The translations under genes were made by a program, and so were the position numbers. DNA of 64,000 nt, taken from assembly GCA_963674965.2 (NCBI GenBank), contig CAXXFL010000005.1, forward strand, positions 224,001-288,000, written 5' to 3'. Below, piece after piece: positions 37,620 through 47,520 of this stretch (positions are counted from its first letter, which is position 1; each line of letters starts with the position of its first letter). Below the pieces are notes generated by a model that saw nothing but the letters and a program-made list of their open reading frames with translations, ran no database searches and was not told the origin of the DNA. This DNA comes from a bacterium. GTDB taxonomy: Bacteria > RBG-13-61-14 > DATKZS01.

Positions 37620-39098
37620 GTGGGAATCAGACTGGCTGCTACACCGGTGGACAGAAGGCCTGCGGGCGCGATTAAAAGACGCCCGAAATCTTTCTTTACC
37701 GATTTCAGCTTTTCCAGACGCGGGACCTACCTTCTTTACGCGCTCGGAATTTGTCTCTTCGTATACGCCGTAATCGGACTGACCAAACTTTCGGCCATGT
37801 CCGAGGCCAAAGCCGCTCCCATGTATGGCATGGGCGGCATCATGGAGAGCCCCGCGGCACAAGAGTGGGAGGAACAAAAGGACGAGGCGGTCGAGTCCCA
37901 GTTAAAACAGTATTCCTACACCATCGCCACCAATGACAACCTCTATACGGCCCTTCAATGTTTCGGGGTCACCCAGGCCCAGATACTGAACTGGTGCGAG
38001 GTGGCCAAGGACGTGTACGATCTTGGCAACTTAAAGCCCGGCCAGTCTTTCAACCTTTACGAGGCCGATGACAACCAATACTGCAAGCTCGAGTTCAACA
38101 TCAACAAGACCGAGCGGCTTATCATCGAGAAAGACGAGGACTCGGGGAAGTTCGCGGCGCGGCGGGAAAAGTTCGATAGCCCGGAGGGTCCTCCTGAGAT
38201 AGACGGCTCTCAAATAACGACCTCGATCACCGACGCGGCCCCCAACTGGGTGGACCCGCAAACCGGCTATTGCTATTACCGGGGCACGGTAAAGGGGACC
38301 TTTTACGAGTCGGCCGTTCGCGCCGGCATGTCGCCGGGCAAGACCATGGCCATGATCAGGGTATTCTCGGCCGTGAACTTCAGCCGCGACCTTCGCGACG
38401 GCGACAATTTCAGCGTGCTGGTGGGACCGTCCGAGTCCCCGGACAAAGAAGGTCTCATCCTGGCCGCCATGGTCGAGGCCAGGGGAAAGCCCCATTACAT
38501 TTTCCGGTACGAGCAGGACGGACAATCCTATTATTTCGACGAGAGCGGGACCTCGAGGAAGAAAGCCAACCTCATCTGTCCCCTCCGTTACAACAGGATA
38601 TCCTCGCCTTTCACCGAGAAGCGGTTCCATCCCGTCCTTAAGAAATATCGGCCCCATCACGGCGTGGACTACGCCGCCCCCGTCGGGACGCCGGTCAAGG
38701 CCGCGGCCGACGGCGTCATCACCAGGATCGGCTACAGGGGAGGATACGGGAAAGCCATCGAGATAAAGCACAATAAAACCTACACCACCCATTACGCTCA
38801 CCTCTCGAGATACGCCGGCGGCATGAAGGCGGGCAAGAAGGTCTCCCAGGGCCAGGTCATCGGGTACGTGGGGTCCTCGGGCCTCTCCACCGGCCCTCAC
38901 CTGGATTACAGGGTCTATAAAAACGGGGTCGCCGTCAATCCCCTCAAGGTCACCTCCATGCCGGGACCGTCGGTCAAGGACCGGGCCGGCTTTAATAAAG
39001 TCACGGCCGGCATGAAAACCGAGCTTGCAAAGCCCCTTCCAATGGGACCCGGCAAGCCCTGGCCCGCGGCCCCCGACGCGGTCGCCAAGGCCAATTAA
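37620..39098 (+). CDS. M23-family peptidoglycan DD-endopeptidase (MepM/Csd3-like)
   Basis: RISSPF...RFHPVL, HHGVDYAAP.GTPV, YAHLS, STGPHLDY. Confidence 0.93.
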   Translation: MGIRLAATPVDRRPAGAIKRRPKSFFTDFSFSRRGTYLLYALGICLFVYAVIGLTKLSAMSEAKAAPMYGMGGIMESPAAQEWEEQKDEAVESQLKQYSYTIATNDNLYTALQCFGVTQAQILNWCEVAKDVYDLGNLKPGQSFNLYEADDNQYCKLEFNINKTERLIIEKDEDSGKFAARREKFDSPEGPPEIDGSQITTSITDAAPNWVDPQTGYCYYRGTVKGTFYESAVRAGMSPGKTMAMIRVFSAVNFSRDLRDGDNFSVLVGPSESPDKEGLILAAMVEARGKPHYIFRYEQDGQSYYFDESGTSRKKANLICPLRYNRISSPFTEKRFHPVLKKYRPHHGVDYAAPVGTPVKAAADGVITRIGYRGGYGKAIEIKHNKTYTTHYAHLSRYAGGMKAGKKVSQGQVIGYVGSSGLSTGPHLDYRVYKNGVAVNPLKVTSMPGPSVKDRAGFNKVTAGMKTELAKPLPMGPGKPWPAAPDAVAKAN

Positions 39099-39260
39099 GC
39101 TCTCCACGATAAAATCCCGTCCCCGCGGGCATATCCGGACAATACCTGATACAATGAATTGGCGAACGTCGTTTCGCCGCCCTTGATAACAAGGGGCCTA
39201 ATTCAATAGATCGGGCCGGACCTCACGCGGTTGTCCCGCCGCGATCGCGGGGAGAAGAAG

Positions 39261-39920
39261 TTGATCCTTGATCTTCACGTCCATTCCAAATACTCGATCG
39301 ACAGCCCGGTAAAGCCGGAGGAGTACGCCAGGCTGATTATCGAGTCCCGGGACGAGTACCATCTTGACGGCTTTATTTTAATGGAGCACAACTACTGGGT
39401 CACCGACGACGACGAGGACCTGGCCGCCCTTTCCTCGGAGTATGGTTTGACCATCCTGGCGGGTTCCGAGGTGGATACCTTCTGGGGACACATGCTCGTC
39501 TACGGCATGACCGAAAAGGTGTATCGGACCGTTCGGGACGGCGAGAGAAGGAAGCAGGACCCCCAGGCCTTCGCCGAGCTTTGCCTCGAGGAAGGCGCCG
39601 CGCTGGTACCGGCCCACCCCTTCAGGGGATGGCTCGGGGCCGGAGACAGGGCCACCATGCTGGCCGGCGTCAAGGCCATCGAGGTCCTCAACGGCGCCAA
39701 CTCGGACCTGGAAAACCTGGCCGCCATGAAGCTGGCCTCCCGCCATGGGTTCTTCGGCACCGGGGGATCGGACGCCCACTTCCTGGCCGAGTTGGGAGCG
39801 GCCGCCACCTATTTCCCGGAGGACGTGAAGAACGTCGGCGACCTGGCGAGGATGATCAAACAAGGAAAGTGCAAGGCCATCGGCCGGGAAACGACCCTCT
39901 CGATGAGCGGCCGGGCCTAG
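39261..39920 (+). CDS. PHP-domain metal-dependent phosphoesterase
   Basis: DLHVHS.YS.D, EHN, G.E, GH.L, PAHP, GGSDAH; TTG start after GGAG. Confidence 0.9.
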   Translation: MILDLHVHSKYSIDSPVKPEEYARLIIESRDEYHLDGFILMEHNYWVTDDDEDLAALSSEYGLTILAGSEVDTFWGHMLVYGMTEKVYRTVRDGERRKQDPQAFAELCLEEGAALVPAHPFRGWLGAGDRATMLAGVKAIEVLNGANSDLENLAAMKLASRHGFFGTGGSDAHFLAELGAAATYFPEDVKNVGDLARMIKQGKCKAIGRETTLSMSGRA

Positions 39921-40027
39921 CCGGCCGGGCTTTCTTCAAGCCGTCTTTCCCGCCGTTGTCGCGTAAAAATCCGGACCGCCCCATTCAAGGCGGTCCGGTT
40001 GCAAAGGATTGCGCGCCGGGCGCTTGT

Positions 40028-40507
40028 TCAGGAAAACCTTTTGATGGTGGCGTAATATTTTACTCGGTTGAGAAGATGAAGATATGTCCCGTTCTTGACC
40101 AGATGATCGTCCGCGCCCGCGATCATGGCCAGCTTCTCCAACTCCTCGGCGTCCATGTCCGAATAAAGGATGGTAGTGGGAAGAACTCCCAGGTTCTTCT
40201 TTAAAACGTTGATGAGCTTCTCGCCCGTGATCGCCGGCATGTTGACGTCGAGCACGAGCACGTCGGGATCGAAGTCCCTGATTGTATTCGAGGCGCCGAT
40301 AACGTAGTCCAGACTCAGGACCTCGTAGCCCATGAGGTTGAACATGGCGCTCATGTCCGCGATCCTCATTCTGTCAGAATCGAGAATGCAGATCTTGATT
40401 CCATGGCCCGGGAAGCTGGAGGGTTTGGTGTGGCTTAAATATTTATGGTCCGGGGAATAATTTAATAACGGCTTCGAATCTTCGATTTTATTAATGGATT
40501 CTCTCAT
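40028..40507 (-). CDS. Single-domain response regulator with an N-terminal extension
   Basis: LVLDVNMP, ILYS, GADDHLVK. Confidence 0.8.
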   Translation of the reverse strand: MRESINKIEDSKPLLNYSPDHKYLSHTKPSSFPGHGIKICILDSDRMRIADMSAMFNLMGYEVLSLDYVIGASNTIRDFDPDVLVLDVNMPAITGEKLINVLKKNLGVLPTTILYSDMDAEELEKLAMIAGADDHLVKNGTYLHLLNRVKYYATIKRFS

Positions 40508-40607
40508 GGCTGTAAACTTCCTTGTAGCGGCGCCCGGGGTTAAAAGGTTTAGGCCCTATGTTGTATGTTGCAGGCTGACTTCCCATTGTTTAATTGCCTT
40601 TGTATAG

Positions 40608-40623
40608 TGCAAAGGCCTTGCCA
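40608..40623 (-). promoter_or_regulatory. Sigma54 (-24/-12) promoter
   Basis: Minus strand TGGCAAGGCCTTTGCA, i.e. GG-N10-GC. Confidence 0.7.
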
Positions 40624-40807
40624 AAATCCTTGCTCTTTTGTATATCGCTAAATCGCCGATATCTTTGTCATTATCAATATTGAGAGCGGGTTTTCTCTAT
40701 CTTTGCCATACCTTTTTGGAAGAGCAATGATGGGACTATTAGTTTTTTGAATAGCCTGGATAAGCTTGGAACAACTATTTACCGGGCGGTAAGGAAACTG
40801 AAAAATC

Positions 40808-42019
40808 TTACAAGTAAAGGCGGGCCACGCACTCGATATGCGCGGTCTGGGCGAACATGTCAAGCGGCGTGAGCGACTCGAGTCCGTACCCGGCGGCCGC
40901 TAGTATGGCCAGGTCCCGCGCCAGGGTGGCCGGGTCGCAGGAAATGTAAAGAATATGGGGAGGCTTAATCTCGGACAATAGGGCGACCTCCTCTTTGGCG
41001 CCCAGGCGGGGAGGGTCCAGGACGACCAGGTCCGGCCGCGCCTTGTCTCGGACCTCCGCGAGATATTCCCGGGCCGGGGCGTTGACGAAATCTACCCTTG
41101 CCTCGGAACTCCCGGAAAAACGCCGGCGGCCCAGCTCGGCGGCGGCCGGGTCGCTCTCCACCGCCGTCACCTTGACGCCTCGTCTCGCCAGCCGGCCAGT
41201 CAGGTTGCCCGAGCCGGCGAAAAGCTCGAGGACTTCGGAGGCCCCGGTCTCCTCGGCCGCCCGGCCCACCATCCGCTTCAGGTTCTCGTTCTGGCCCGGG
41301 TTGACCTGGGTGAAGGTCGGGACCAGGTCGGTACGTATCCAGTCCGGCCCCGCCGCGCCGGCCTCTCCCGGCCTGAATAAATAGTTCCGTTCTTCCCCGC
41401 GTCCGGACAAGTGGAGCAGCACCTTGCCGTCCTCCCGTAAGATGGGCTCGGCGCTGGAGGCGCGGACCGTGCCGAGCAGCCCCTTTATAAGGGGGATGAC
41501 CCGATTGATCTGCTCCACGGCCAGGGCGCACTCGTCAAGGGGCACGAGCTTTTCCTTGCCCCTCGAGTAGTATCCGACCTTTCCCTTTTCCGCGGCCAGC
41601 CTCACTCGGGACCTGTAGCCGTAGGCGAGGGGAGAGGGAACGCACGCTTCCGGCTCGATTTCGATTTTCGCGATCCGGGCCATGGTCTCGGCGAGGATGG
41701 ATTTTTTTATCTCGAGCTGGAGGGAGTACTCAGCGTGCTGGAGAGAGCACCCGCCGCATCGGCCGTACAGGGGGCAGTTGGGCTGGACCCGGCTTTGCGA
41801 GGGCTCGACGATCCTCGATATGGCGGCCCTTCTCGGACCCTTCCTGGCGGGAAGCAGCCTGAGCTCGACCTTTTCGCCCGGCAGGGAATAGGGAACGAAG
41901 ATCACGCCCGCCCGGTCGCGGGCAAGGCCGTCGCCCCCGCCCACTATCTTTTCTATATTGTAGGTACCGGTCCCCATAACGTCAGGCGGGAGTTTACGCG
42001 CCGGCTCCTTTTTTTGCAA
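40808..42019 (-). CDS. rlmD: RlmD/TrmA-family RNA m5U methyltransferase
   Basis: TRAM domain, C..Y.RCGGC.LQH, FTQVN, ELFAGSG, LDPPR, YISCDPATLARD, DMF.QT.HIE; start may be 41977. Confidence 0.88.
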   Translation of the reverse strand: MQKKEPARKLPPDVMGTGTYNIEKIVGGGDGLARDRAGVIFVPYSLPGEKVELRLLPARKGPRRAAISRIVEPSQSRVQPNCPLYGRCGGCSLQHAEYSLQLEIKKSILAETMARIAKIEIEPEACVPSPLAYGYRSRVRLAAEKGKVGYYSRGKEKLVPLDECALAVEQINRVIPLIKGLLGTVRASSAEPILREDGKVLLHLSGRGEERNYLFRPGEAGAAGPDWIRTDLVPTFTQVNPGQNENLKRMVGRAAEETGASEVLELFAGSGNLTGRLARRGVKVTAVESDPAAAELGRRRFSGSSEARVDFVNAPAREYLAEVRDKARPDLVVLDPPRLGAKEEVALLSEIKPPHILYISCDPATLARDLAILAAAGYGLESLTPLDMFAQTAHIECVARLYL

Positions 42020-42026
42020 GCGGCGC

Positions 42027-42938
42027 TCAGATGGTTTTAGTCGTTTCCTTGTGGGTGAGGCCGGTCTTGACTTTAGCCTCGGTTTCCTCGATTTCCTTGA
42101 CCGCGGCGCGGTACATGTCGGATGACGGCTGCTTGGCCGTGATTTCCTTCAAGGACTCGTCGAAGGCGCTGATCGAGCTCGAGAGCTCATCGAACACCCT
42201 CGAGGTTTCCGACTCCTGCATGGGGCTCTCGGCCGTGGTCAAAAGCCTCGAGTAGGTATTGGAAAGCTGGAGGCTGAAACGGTTGAGCCTGGCCACCAGC
42301 CGGTTCCTCTCCTCCCTGAGCCGCTCGACGTTGGCCAGGTGGTCCCGCGCGTGGCCCAGGGCCGTCTCGTATTCCTTTTTCATCTCGAGGTCGGAAAAAC
42401 CCTCGATCTGGACCTCGATCCTGGCGATCTCCGTCCTGATCGTGCCCTCCTGGAACTCGGGCTTGGCCAGCATCCGGTCGAGCAGGCGCAGCCGGTCCTC
42501 GATGACCTTCACCTGGCCCGAGAGGTTTTTCACCTTGTCGGGCGTGAGGCCGGGAATGTTCTCCTTTTTAGCCGTCTTCTTCAGGGCCTTGAGGCGCTGC
42601 TTGATCTTGGCCATCTGCTGCTCGTAGGGCAAAAGGCCCATCCTTTTCTTCGACATGGGAGACTCTCCCCTTACTATCCGGACCGGGTTGATCACGCCAT
42701 AGGTCCGCCTTAAAAGATAAGCGTTGTAGTAGTAAAGGAGGACCCCCTCGATTATCTCGTTGACCAGGGGCAAGGGATCGGCCCCGATAAAGGGCATGAT
42801 ATCCACCAGGAAAACCAGCATGAAAATACCGTCGAAGAAATAGTGAAGAGGGAGGGGAATTTTATCCGCCACGTCCGCGGCGAAGCCCTTTACCTTCTCC
42901 ACTCCCTTGTCTATGTCGTTTTGTTTCATGTTCACCAT
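42027..42938 (-). CDS. Hypothetical membrane-anchored long coiled-coil protein
   Basis: Host-like codons; hydrophobic N-terminal hairpin followed by heptad-rich helices; start at 42938 or 42929. Confidence 0.75.
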   Translation of the reverse strand: MVNMKQNDIDKGVEKVKGFAADVADKIPLPLHYFFDGIFMLVFLVDIMPFIGADPLPLVNEIIEGVLLYYYNAYLLRRTYGVINPVRIVRGESPMSKKRMGLLPYEQQMAKIKQRLKALKKTAKKENIPGLTPDKVKNLSGQVKVIEDRLRLLDRMLAKPEFQEGTIRTEIARIEVQIEGFSDLEMKKEYETALGHARDHLANVERLREERNRLVARLNRFSLQLSNTYSRLLTTAESPMQESETSRVFDELSSSISAFDESLKEITAKQPSSDMYRAAVKEIEETEAKVKTGLTHKETTKTI

Positions 42939-42992
42939 TATAGCGGCTGGCGCCCGGTTCGCAACACCGAAAAAAGAAAAGGGCCTTTTCAA

Positions 42993-43021
42993 TTGACACT
43001 TACTGGGCTTGCCTGTAGAAT
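42993..43021 (+). promoter_or_regulatory. Near-consensus sigma70 promoter of dsrD
   Basis: TTGACA-N17-TAGAAT. Confidence 0.8.
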
Positions 43022-43091
43022 AACCCTGGAAAAGGCGAGAAAATTCCATTGGTGTATTTATTTTCTTTTAATTTTAAGGAGGTTCGAAGTA

Positions 43092-43340
43092 ATGAGTGAC
43101 GAAATCAAAGACGCGATAGTGGCGTATCTTGAAAAAAGCACGGCCAAGGGCAAAAAGAAGCTCTACGCCAAGGACATCACGAAGGGTCTGGAGTCTTTCG
43201 ACAAGCGTGAAGTGAAAAAATGCTTGCAGGAAATGCTGAACGATAGCGACAGGGTGGCCTACTGGTCCTCCGGCAGCACCACCTACGTCATGCTCAAGGA
43301 AGAGTGGGAGAAGTTAAAAGCCCTCGAGGAAGAAGGCTAA
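43092..43340 (+). CDS. dsrD: Dissimilatory sulfite reductase D protein (82 aa)
   Basis: SD TAAGGAGGT; K.KLY.KD, REVKK and YWSSGSTT signature. Confidence 0.9.
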   Translation: MSDEIKDAIVAYLEKSTAKGKKKLYAKDITKGLESFDKREVKKCLQEMLNDSDRVAYWSSGSTTYVMLKEEWEKLKALEEEG

Positions 43341-43362
43341 CAATCGATCTGACTTGGTTTTT

Positions 43363-43406
43363 CCGCCTCCTTTTTCCCATGCCCAGCGCTGGAAAAAGGG
43401 AGGCGG
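43363..43406. terminator. Long hairpin between the convergent dsrD and flippase genes
   Basis: ccgcctcctttttcc...ggaaaaagggaggcgg. Confidence 0.7.
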
Positions 43407-43456
43407 TCGTCGTTTATTCTCCAAACAACCGCGCCGTTTCCATTTGCGGTAGGTCC

Positions 43457-44461
43457 CTACCGTTCCTTTTTAAAGGCCCCTTTATAAACAAAGGGAAGGA
43501 CCGCCGCGCCTATGACCCACCTGGCCACGTTTAGCGCGAACTGAAGAAGAAGACTGAACACGAACAATACCTTGGGCTCGATAAGGTATTTAAAGAAGAA
43601 CACCCAGCTCGACTGGGTAGTCCCCAGCCGGGCCGGCGTAATGGGTATGCTGCTCACCAGGATGGCCAGGGGCATGAAGGCCAGGACCTGGAGGGGAGGC
43701 GGGGATTGCCCGTAAATCCAGAAGGCAGGGATGGTCAGCCCCAGTTGCCACAGGGCGAGAACTCCCTTTATCAGCAGAAGGACAATCATGTCCCTGGTTT
43801 TGATGGCCTCGAAAGGATAAAGGATATTGTCGAGCTTCAGGCGGCGGACGACCCGCCTACCCATCTCGCTCCTTATCCCCAGCACCAGCACCACCAGGCC
43901 GGGCCAGGAGCAAGTAATGACCACGAGAGCGACCGTGAGGGGCCCGCGCTGCGCCGGGTCGTCAAAGCCGGTGAGAAGCAGGATGGGCAAAAAGATGGTG
44001 GCGGCCAGGACCATGCCGTAGACCTCGACGAGGAATAAATATGTCACCATGCCCGCGGCCTTGCCCGCGCCCAGCTTGTATTTTTTGACCACGTAGGCGG
44101 CGAGGCCGGCCTGGCCGAAGAAGGTGGCTATCGAGGCCACCAGCATCATGGCCAGCCGGACGAGGACCAGCTCCCGGTGGTTGACCTTGACCTCGAGGCG
44201 GGAAAAGCCGTACCACATGGCGGTCCCGTCTATGATAGCGACGCCGGTGATAAAAAGCAGGGCGAGCGAGAACAGGGCCGCGGCCTGTTCCCATTCGAGG
44301 TTTTTAATCTCGTCCATGATTTCCCGAGGGGGGACCAGCTTGAGGAGGGCCCAAAAGATAAAAACCAGGGCCAGCCAGGGAGCGACCTTTCTGATTATTC
44401 TCCCGAGCGTGGATGGGACCTTAACCGCCTCGCGATCATCGGTCCTTTTCGTCTGGTCCAT
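43457..44461 (-). CDS. UPF0104 / lysylphosphatidylglycerol synthase TM-like flippase
   Basis: About 8 TM; IPITPARLGTTQSSW motif. Confidence 0.8.
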   Translation of the reverse strand: MDQTKRTDDREAVKVPSTLGRIIRKVAPWLALVFIFWALLKLVPPREIMDEIKNLEWEQAAALFSLALLFITGVAIIDGTAMWYGFSRLEVKVNHRELVLVRLAMMLVASIATFFGQAGLAAYVVKKYKLGAGKAAGMVTYLFLVEVYGMVLAATIFLPILLLTGFDDPAQRGPLTVALVVITCSWPGLVVLVLGIRSEMGRRVVRRLKLDNILYPFEAIKTRDMIVLLLIKGVLALWQLGLTIPAFWIYGQSPPPLQVLAFMPLAILVSSIPITPARLGTTQSSWVFFFKYLIEPKVLFVFSLLLQFALNVARWVIGAAVLPFVYKGAFKKER

Positions 44462-45419
44462 CGGCCGTTCTTTCGTAGGCCTGTTTTTTAAGCAGGTAAA
44501 GAAGTTCTTCCTGGTTCTGGCGGAGCCTTCCCAGCATGTCCGCCATGAGGGCCGTCACCATGAGCAGAAGTCCGGCTATGACCAGGAGGGTCCCGCCCGT
44601 GAGCAGGGACTGGAAAGGCGAGGTCTTGCCATCGTAAAGCCAGTGCACGAATGGTACCGAGGCGGAGGCCAGGCCAAGGGCCATGACCACCAAACCGATG
44701 CCGCCGAAGAAATGAAGCGGCTTCGCGTCCCTAAGCGAGAAGAGGATAATGGACCCGGCCCTGACCGCGTAGCGGCTGATCGAGCCGGCCACCCGGGACT
44801 CGCCGAACTCCCTGGTCCCGCGCACGGGCAGGGGGACCTCGGCCATGCGCGAGCGCTTCCTGGCCAGGTCCAGGAAAGTCTCCTGGGTATAGGTGAAAAC
44901 GCCGAACAGGTTGAGGCGAAGGGCCGTATCCCGCGTGTAGGCCCGAAAGCCGCAGGAAACGTCGGTGAATTTCCCGCCCGTGACGGCGTTCACGATCCAT
45001 ACCATCCACTGGTTGCCCAGGAACTTGATCCGGGGCATTTCCGGGATAAGGTCCGGGTCGCCGAAGCGGGTGCAGGTGACGAAGTCGGCCTTGCCCTCAA
45101 TGATGGGACGGATTAGCTTGGGTATGGTCGCGGGATCGAACTGGCCGTCGGCGTCCATGTTCACGATCACGTCGGCGCCTGAGGCCAGCGCCGCCTTGAC
45201 GCCGGTGGCGAAGGCGGCGCCCACTCCTCGATTCTCGGAGTGCCGCTCGACCCGGGCGCCCTTCTCGAGGGCTATCCGAGACGTGCGGTCCGAGGAACCG
45301 TCGTCCACCACTATCTTTTCGATCGCGTCGATGCCCTCGATCCGGGAGGGAATCCCGTCGAGCACGCCGCCGATGGTCATCTCCTCGTTAAGGGCCGGCA
45401 GTATAATGGCAAGCTTCAA
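44436..45419 (-). CDS. GT2 glycosyltransferase (polyprenol-phosphate sugar synthase-like, two C-terminal TMs)
   Basis: LPALNEE, VDDGSSD.T, NRGVG, DADGQ, TDVSCGFRA. Confidence 0.92.
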   Translation of the reverse strand: MKLAIILPALNEEMTIGGVLDGIPSRIEGIDAIEKIVVDDGSSDRTSRIALEKGARVERHSENRGVGAAFATGVKAALASGADVIVNMDADGQFDPATIPKLIRPIIEGKADFVTCTRFGDPDLIPEMPRIKFLGNQWMVWIVNAVTGGKFTDVSCGFRAYTRDTALRLNLFGVFTYTQETFLDLARKRSRMAEVPLPVRGTREFGESRVAGSISRYAVRAGSIILFSLRDAKPLHFFGGIGLVVMALGLASASVPFVHWLYDGKTSPFQSLLTGGTLLVIAGLLLMVTALMADMLGRLRQNQEELLYLLKKQAYERTADGPDEKDR

Positions 45420-45444
45420 TGAGGCCTCCGAACTTCCGCCGGTC

Positions 45445-45828
45445 TCAGGAGAGGCTCCCTTCCTGCAGAAGGGTCTTGACCGTCTTGAGCAGGGAACCAG
45501 CCACCACCGGCTTGGTCACGAAGGCGTTAACCCCCATGTCCCTGGCCTTGGCCATTACCTCTCCTCCGCTCTCCGTGGTGACCACGACGATGGGAACGTT
45601 ACCGTTCCTGGGGTCCTGGCGCATAAGACTAATAAGCTTCAAGCCGTCCATCAGCGGCATGTTGATATCGACCATGGCCAGGTCGAAGGACTCCGACTGG
45701 ACCTTCTTCAGGCCGTCAAGCCCGTCCTCCGCCTCCACTATCTTGACGTCCGGTATGGAACGAAGCGAAAAAACCACCAGTTGCCGCATGGTCGGCGAGT
45801 CTTCAACCACTAATATTTTAACCGGCAT
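45445..45828 (-). CDS. CheY-like response regulator
   Basis: VEDSPTMRQL, DINMPLMDG, VTTE, TKP. Confidence 0.92.
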   Translation of the reverse strand: MPVKILVVEDSPTMRQLVVFSLRSIPDVKIVEAEDGLDGLKKVQSESFDLAMVDINMPLMDGLKLISLMRQDPRNGNVPIVVVTTESGGEVMAKARDMGVNAFVTKPVVAGSLLKTVKTLLQEGSLS

Positions 45829-45846
45829 GTTTGGGACCGAGTTTAC

Positions 45847-46671
45847 CTAATGAGTAACCAGGTCGAGGAAACCCTTTATCGTTTTCTGTTTACGTATGGA
45901 GTCTCCATATAACTTGGCGCTGAATATGGCCGTGGCCGCGTGGGCGGCGAGAAGGCCGAAAAGGTCGTAGTCGACCTTTAAAAGCTTTTCCTTTTGGGGA
46001 AGAAGCGCGTACACCACGATTACGCCTATTACCTCGTCCTTGATCTTGAGCGGCACGCAGACCATGGGGTGATGAACGTCAAGAGGAGCGTTGCGGTCAA
46101 AGGACTTGCGGTAATAAACCTCGCCGCTTTCGGCGCCGCTCCCGATGATGCCTTCTCCCATTTTGACCTCGGAGAGGGCCTCGATGGGAAGGCCGACCGC
46201 CCTTATCGGCTCGAGCATTCCCCTTTTCTCGTTCAACATGAGGATGCCGAAGTTCTGGGCCCCGATAAGGTTGATGACGATCTCGGAGATGATCTGGAGG
46301 ACCTCGTTAAGATCGAGGCTCGAGTGAAGCTGGTAGCTGGCAACGTAAAGGTTGGCCAGGTTGCTGTTCTCGAAGGCTATTTCCTCGTACCGGTTCAGGA
46401 AGTCCTTGTTTTCCTCCTCGATCTGACGGTACTGGTTGATGATGTCCTGCTTCTCCCTCTTAAGTTCCTCGAGCTTTCGGACCAGGCTCGACTCCTCGGG
46501 GTCCTGCATGCCGTCCGATAAAAAACTCTCCCTGTCCGCGATAAGGTCGTTGACCCGAGACTTGAGACGGGAGTTCTCCTCCATAAGCTCCTTGGTGAAC
46601 TCCGTCACCTTGCCGTACATCTCCAGGAACTGCTGGCCCTTCGTAGCCAAATATGCCTCCCTATCGTCCAC
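45847..46671 (-). CDS. Coiled-coil plus GAF domain protein
   Basis: N-terminal coiled coil; LANLYVASYQLHSSL; GEGIIG, CVPLK. Confidence 0.88.
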   Translation of the reverse strand: MDDREAYLATKGQQFLEMYGKVTEFTKELMEENSRLKSRVNDLIADRESFLSDGMQDPEESSLVRKLEELKREKQDIINQYRQIEEENKDFLNRYEEIAFENSNLANLYVASYQLHSSLDLNEVLQIISEIVINLIGAQNFGILMLNEKRGMLEPIRAVGLPIEALSEVKMGEGIIGSGAESGEVYYRKSFDRNAPLDVHHPMVCVPLKIKDEVIGVIVVYALLPQKEKLLKVDYDLFGLLAAHAATAIFSAKLYGDSIRKQKTIKGFLDLVTH

Positions 46672-46818
46672 GCGCCCGCCCGGGCGCTATACAAGGAAAA
46701 ATCGAAGTTTCCCCATCCCTCATTCCAGTTTATATCAGATTATTTCAACAAGCAACAGATAAAATCCCTCTCCCGGCAATGGCGGCCCGGAGGACGGGCA
46801 TGGAGCCGGCCGGAATAA

Positions 46819-47520
46819 TCAGCCTTTCGATCCCTCCTCGATCGACTCGATCCGGCCGTCTCTTATCCTGATAACGCGGTTCATCCTGTGGGCCAGGGCC
46901 TCGTTGTGAGTAACGATCAGCAGGGTTATTCCCTTTTCCCGGTTGAGCCCCAGCAATATGTCCTCCACCATGGCGCCCGTGGCCGCGTCGAGGTTGCCCG
47001 TCGGCTCGTCCGCCAGAATAAGGGCAGGCTCCATGATAATGGCCCGGGCGATGGCCACCCGCTGCTGCTCGCCGCCGGACAGCTCTCCCGCCTTGTGTCC
47101 CAGCCGGTCCTCGAGGCCCAGCTCGGTAAGGATTTCCGTCGCCCTCTCCCGCGCCTCGGCGGGAACCACCCGCCCAATCAGGGCCGGCATCATTACGTTC
47201 TCCAGGGCCGTGAACTCGGGAAGAAGATGGTGGAACTGGAAGACGAAACCCAGGCTCTCGTTGCGGTAATAGGCCAACTCCCTCGAGCTCATGTCCCTTA
47301 GGTCCGACCCGCCGATGATCACGTTTCCCTCGCTGGCGTGCTCGAGACCGCCAAGGATGTTGAGAAGCGTCGATTTGCCCGCGCCCGAGACTCCCACCAC
47401 CGCCACCGACTCTCCCTTGCCGATGTCCAGCGTGACGCCGCGCAAAACCTCGAGCGACCCCTCGAAGCGGGAAAAGGACTTCCTTACATCCACCATCCGC
47501 ACCAAAACGTCGCCGCTCAT
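46819..47520 (-). CDS. lolD: Lipoprotein-releasing ABC transporter ATPase
   Basis: GVSGAGKST, GFVFQFHHLLPEFTALENV, LSGGEQQR, ADEPTGNLD. Confidence 0.93.
   Translation of the reverse strand: MSGDVLVRMVDVRKSFSRFEGSLEVLRGVTLDIGKGESVAVVGVSGAGKSTLLNILGGLEHASEGNVIIGGSDLRDMSSRELAYYRNESLGFVFQFHHLLPEFTALENVMMPALIGRVVPAEARERATEILTELGLEDRLGHKAGELSGGEQQRVAIARAIIMEPALILADEPTGNLDAATGAMVEDILLGLNREKGITLLIVTHNEALAHRMNRVIRIRDGRIESIEEGSKG

Noticed and set aside
42843-43091. 165-aa version of the dsrD ORF
   Set aside because: The extension spans the promoter and overlaps the divergent gene; the SD and family length support ATG 43092
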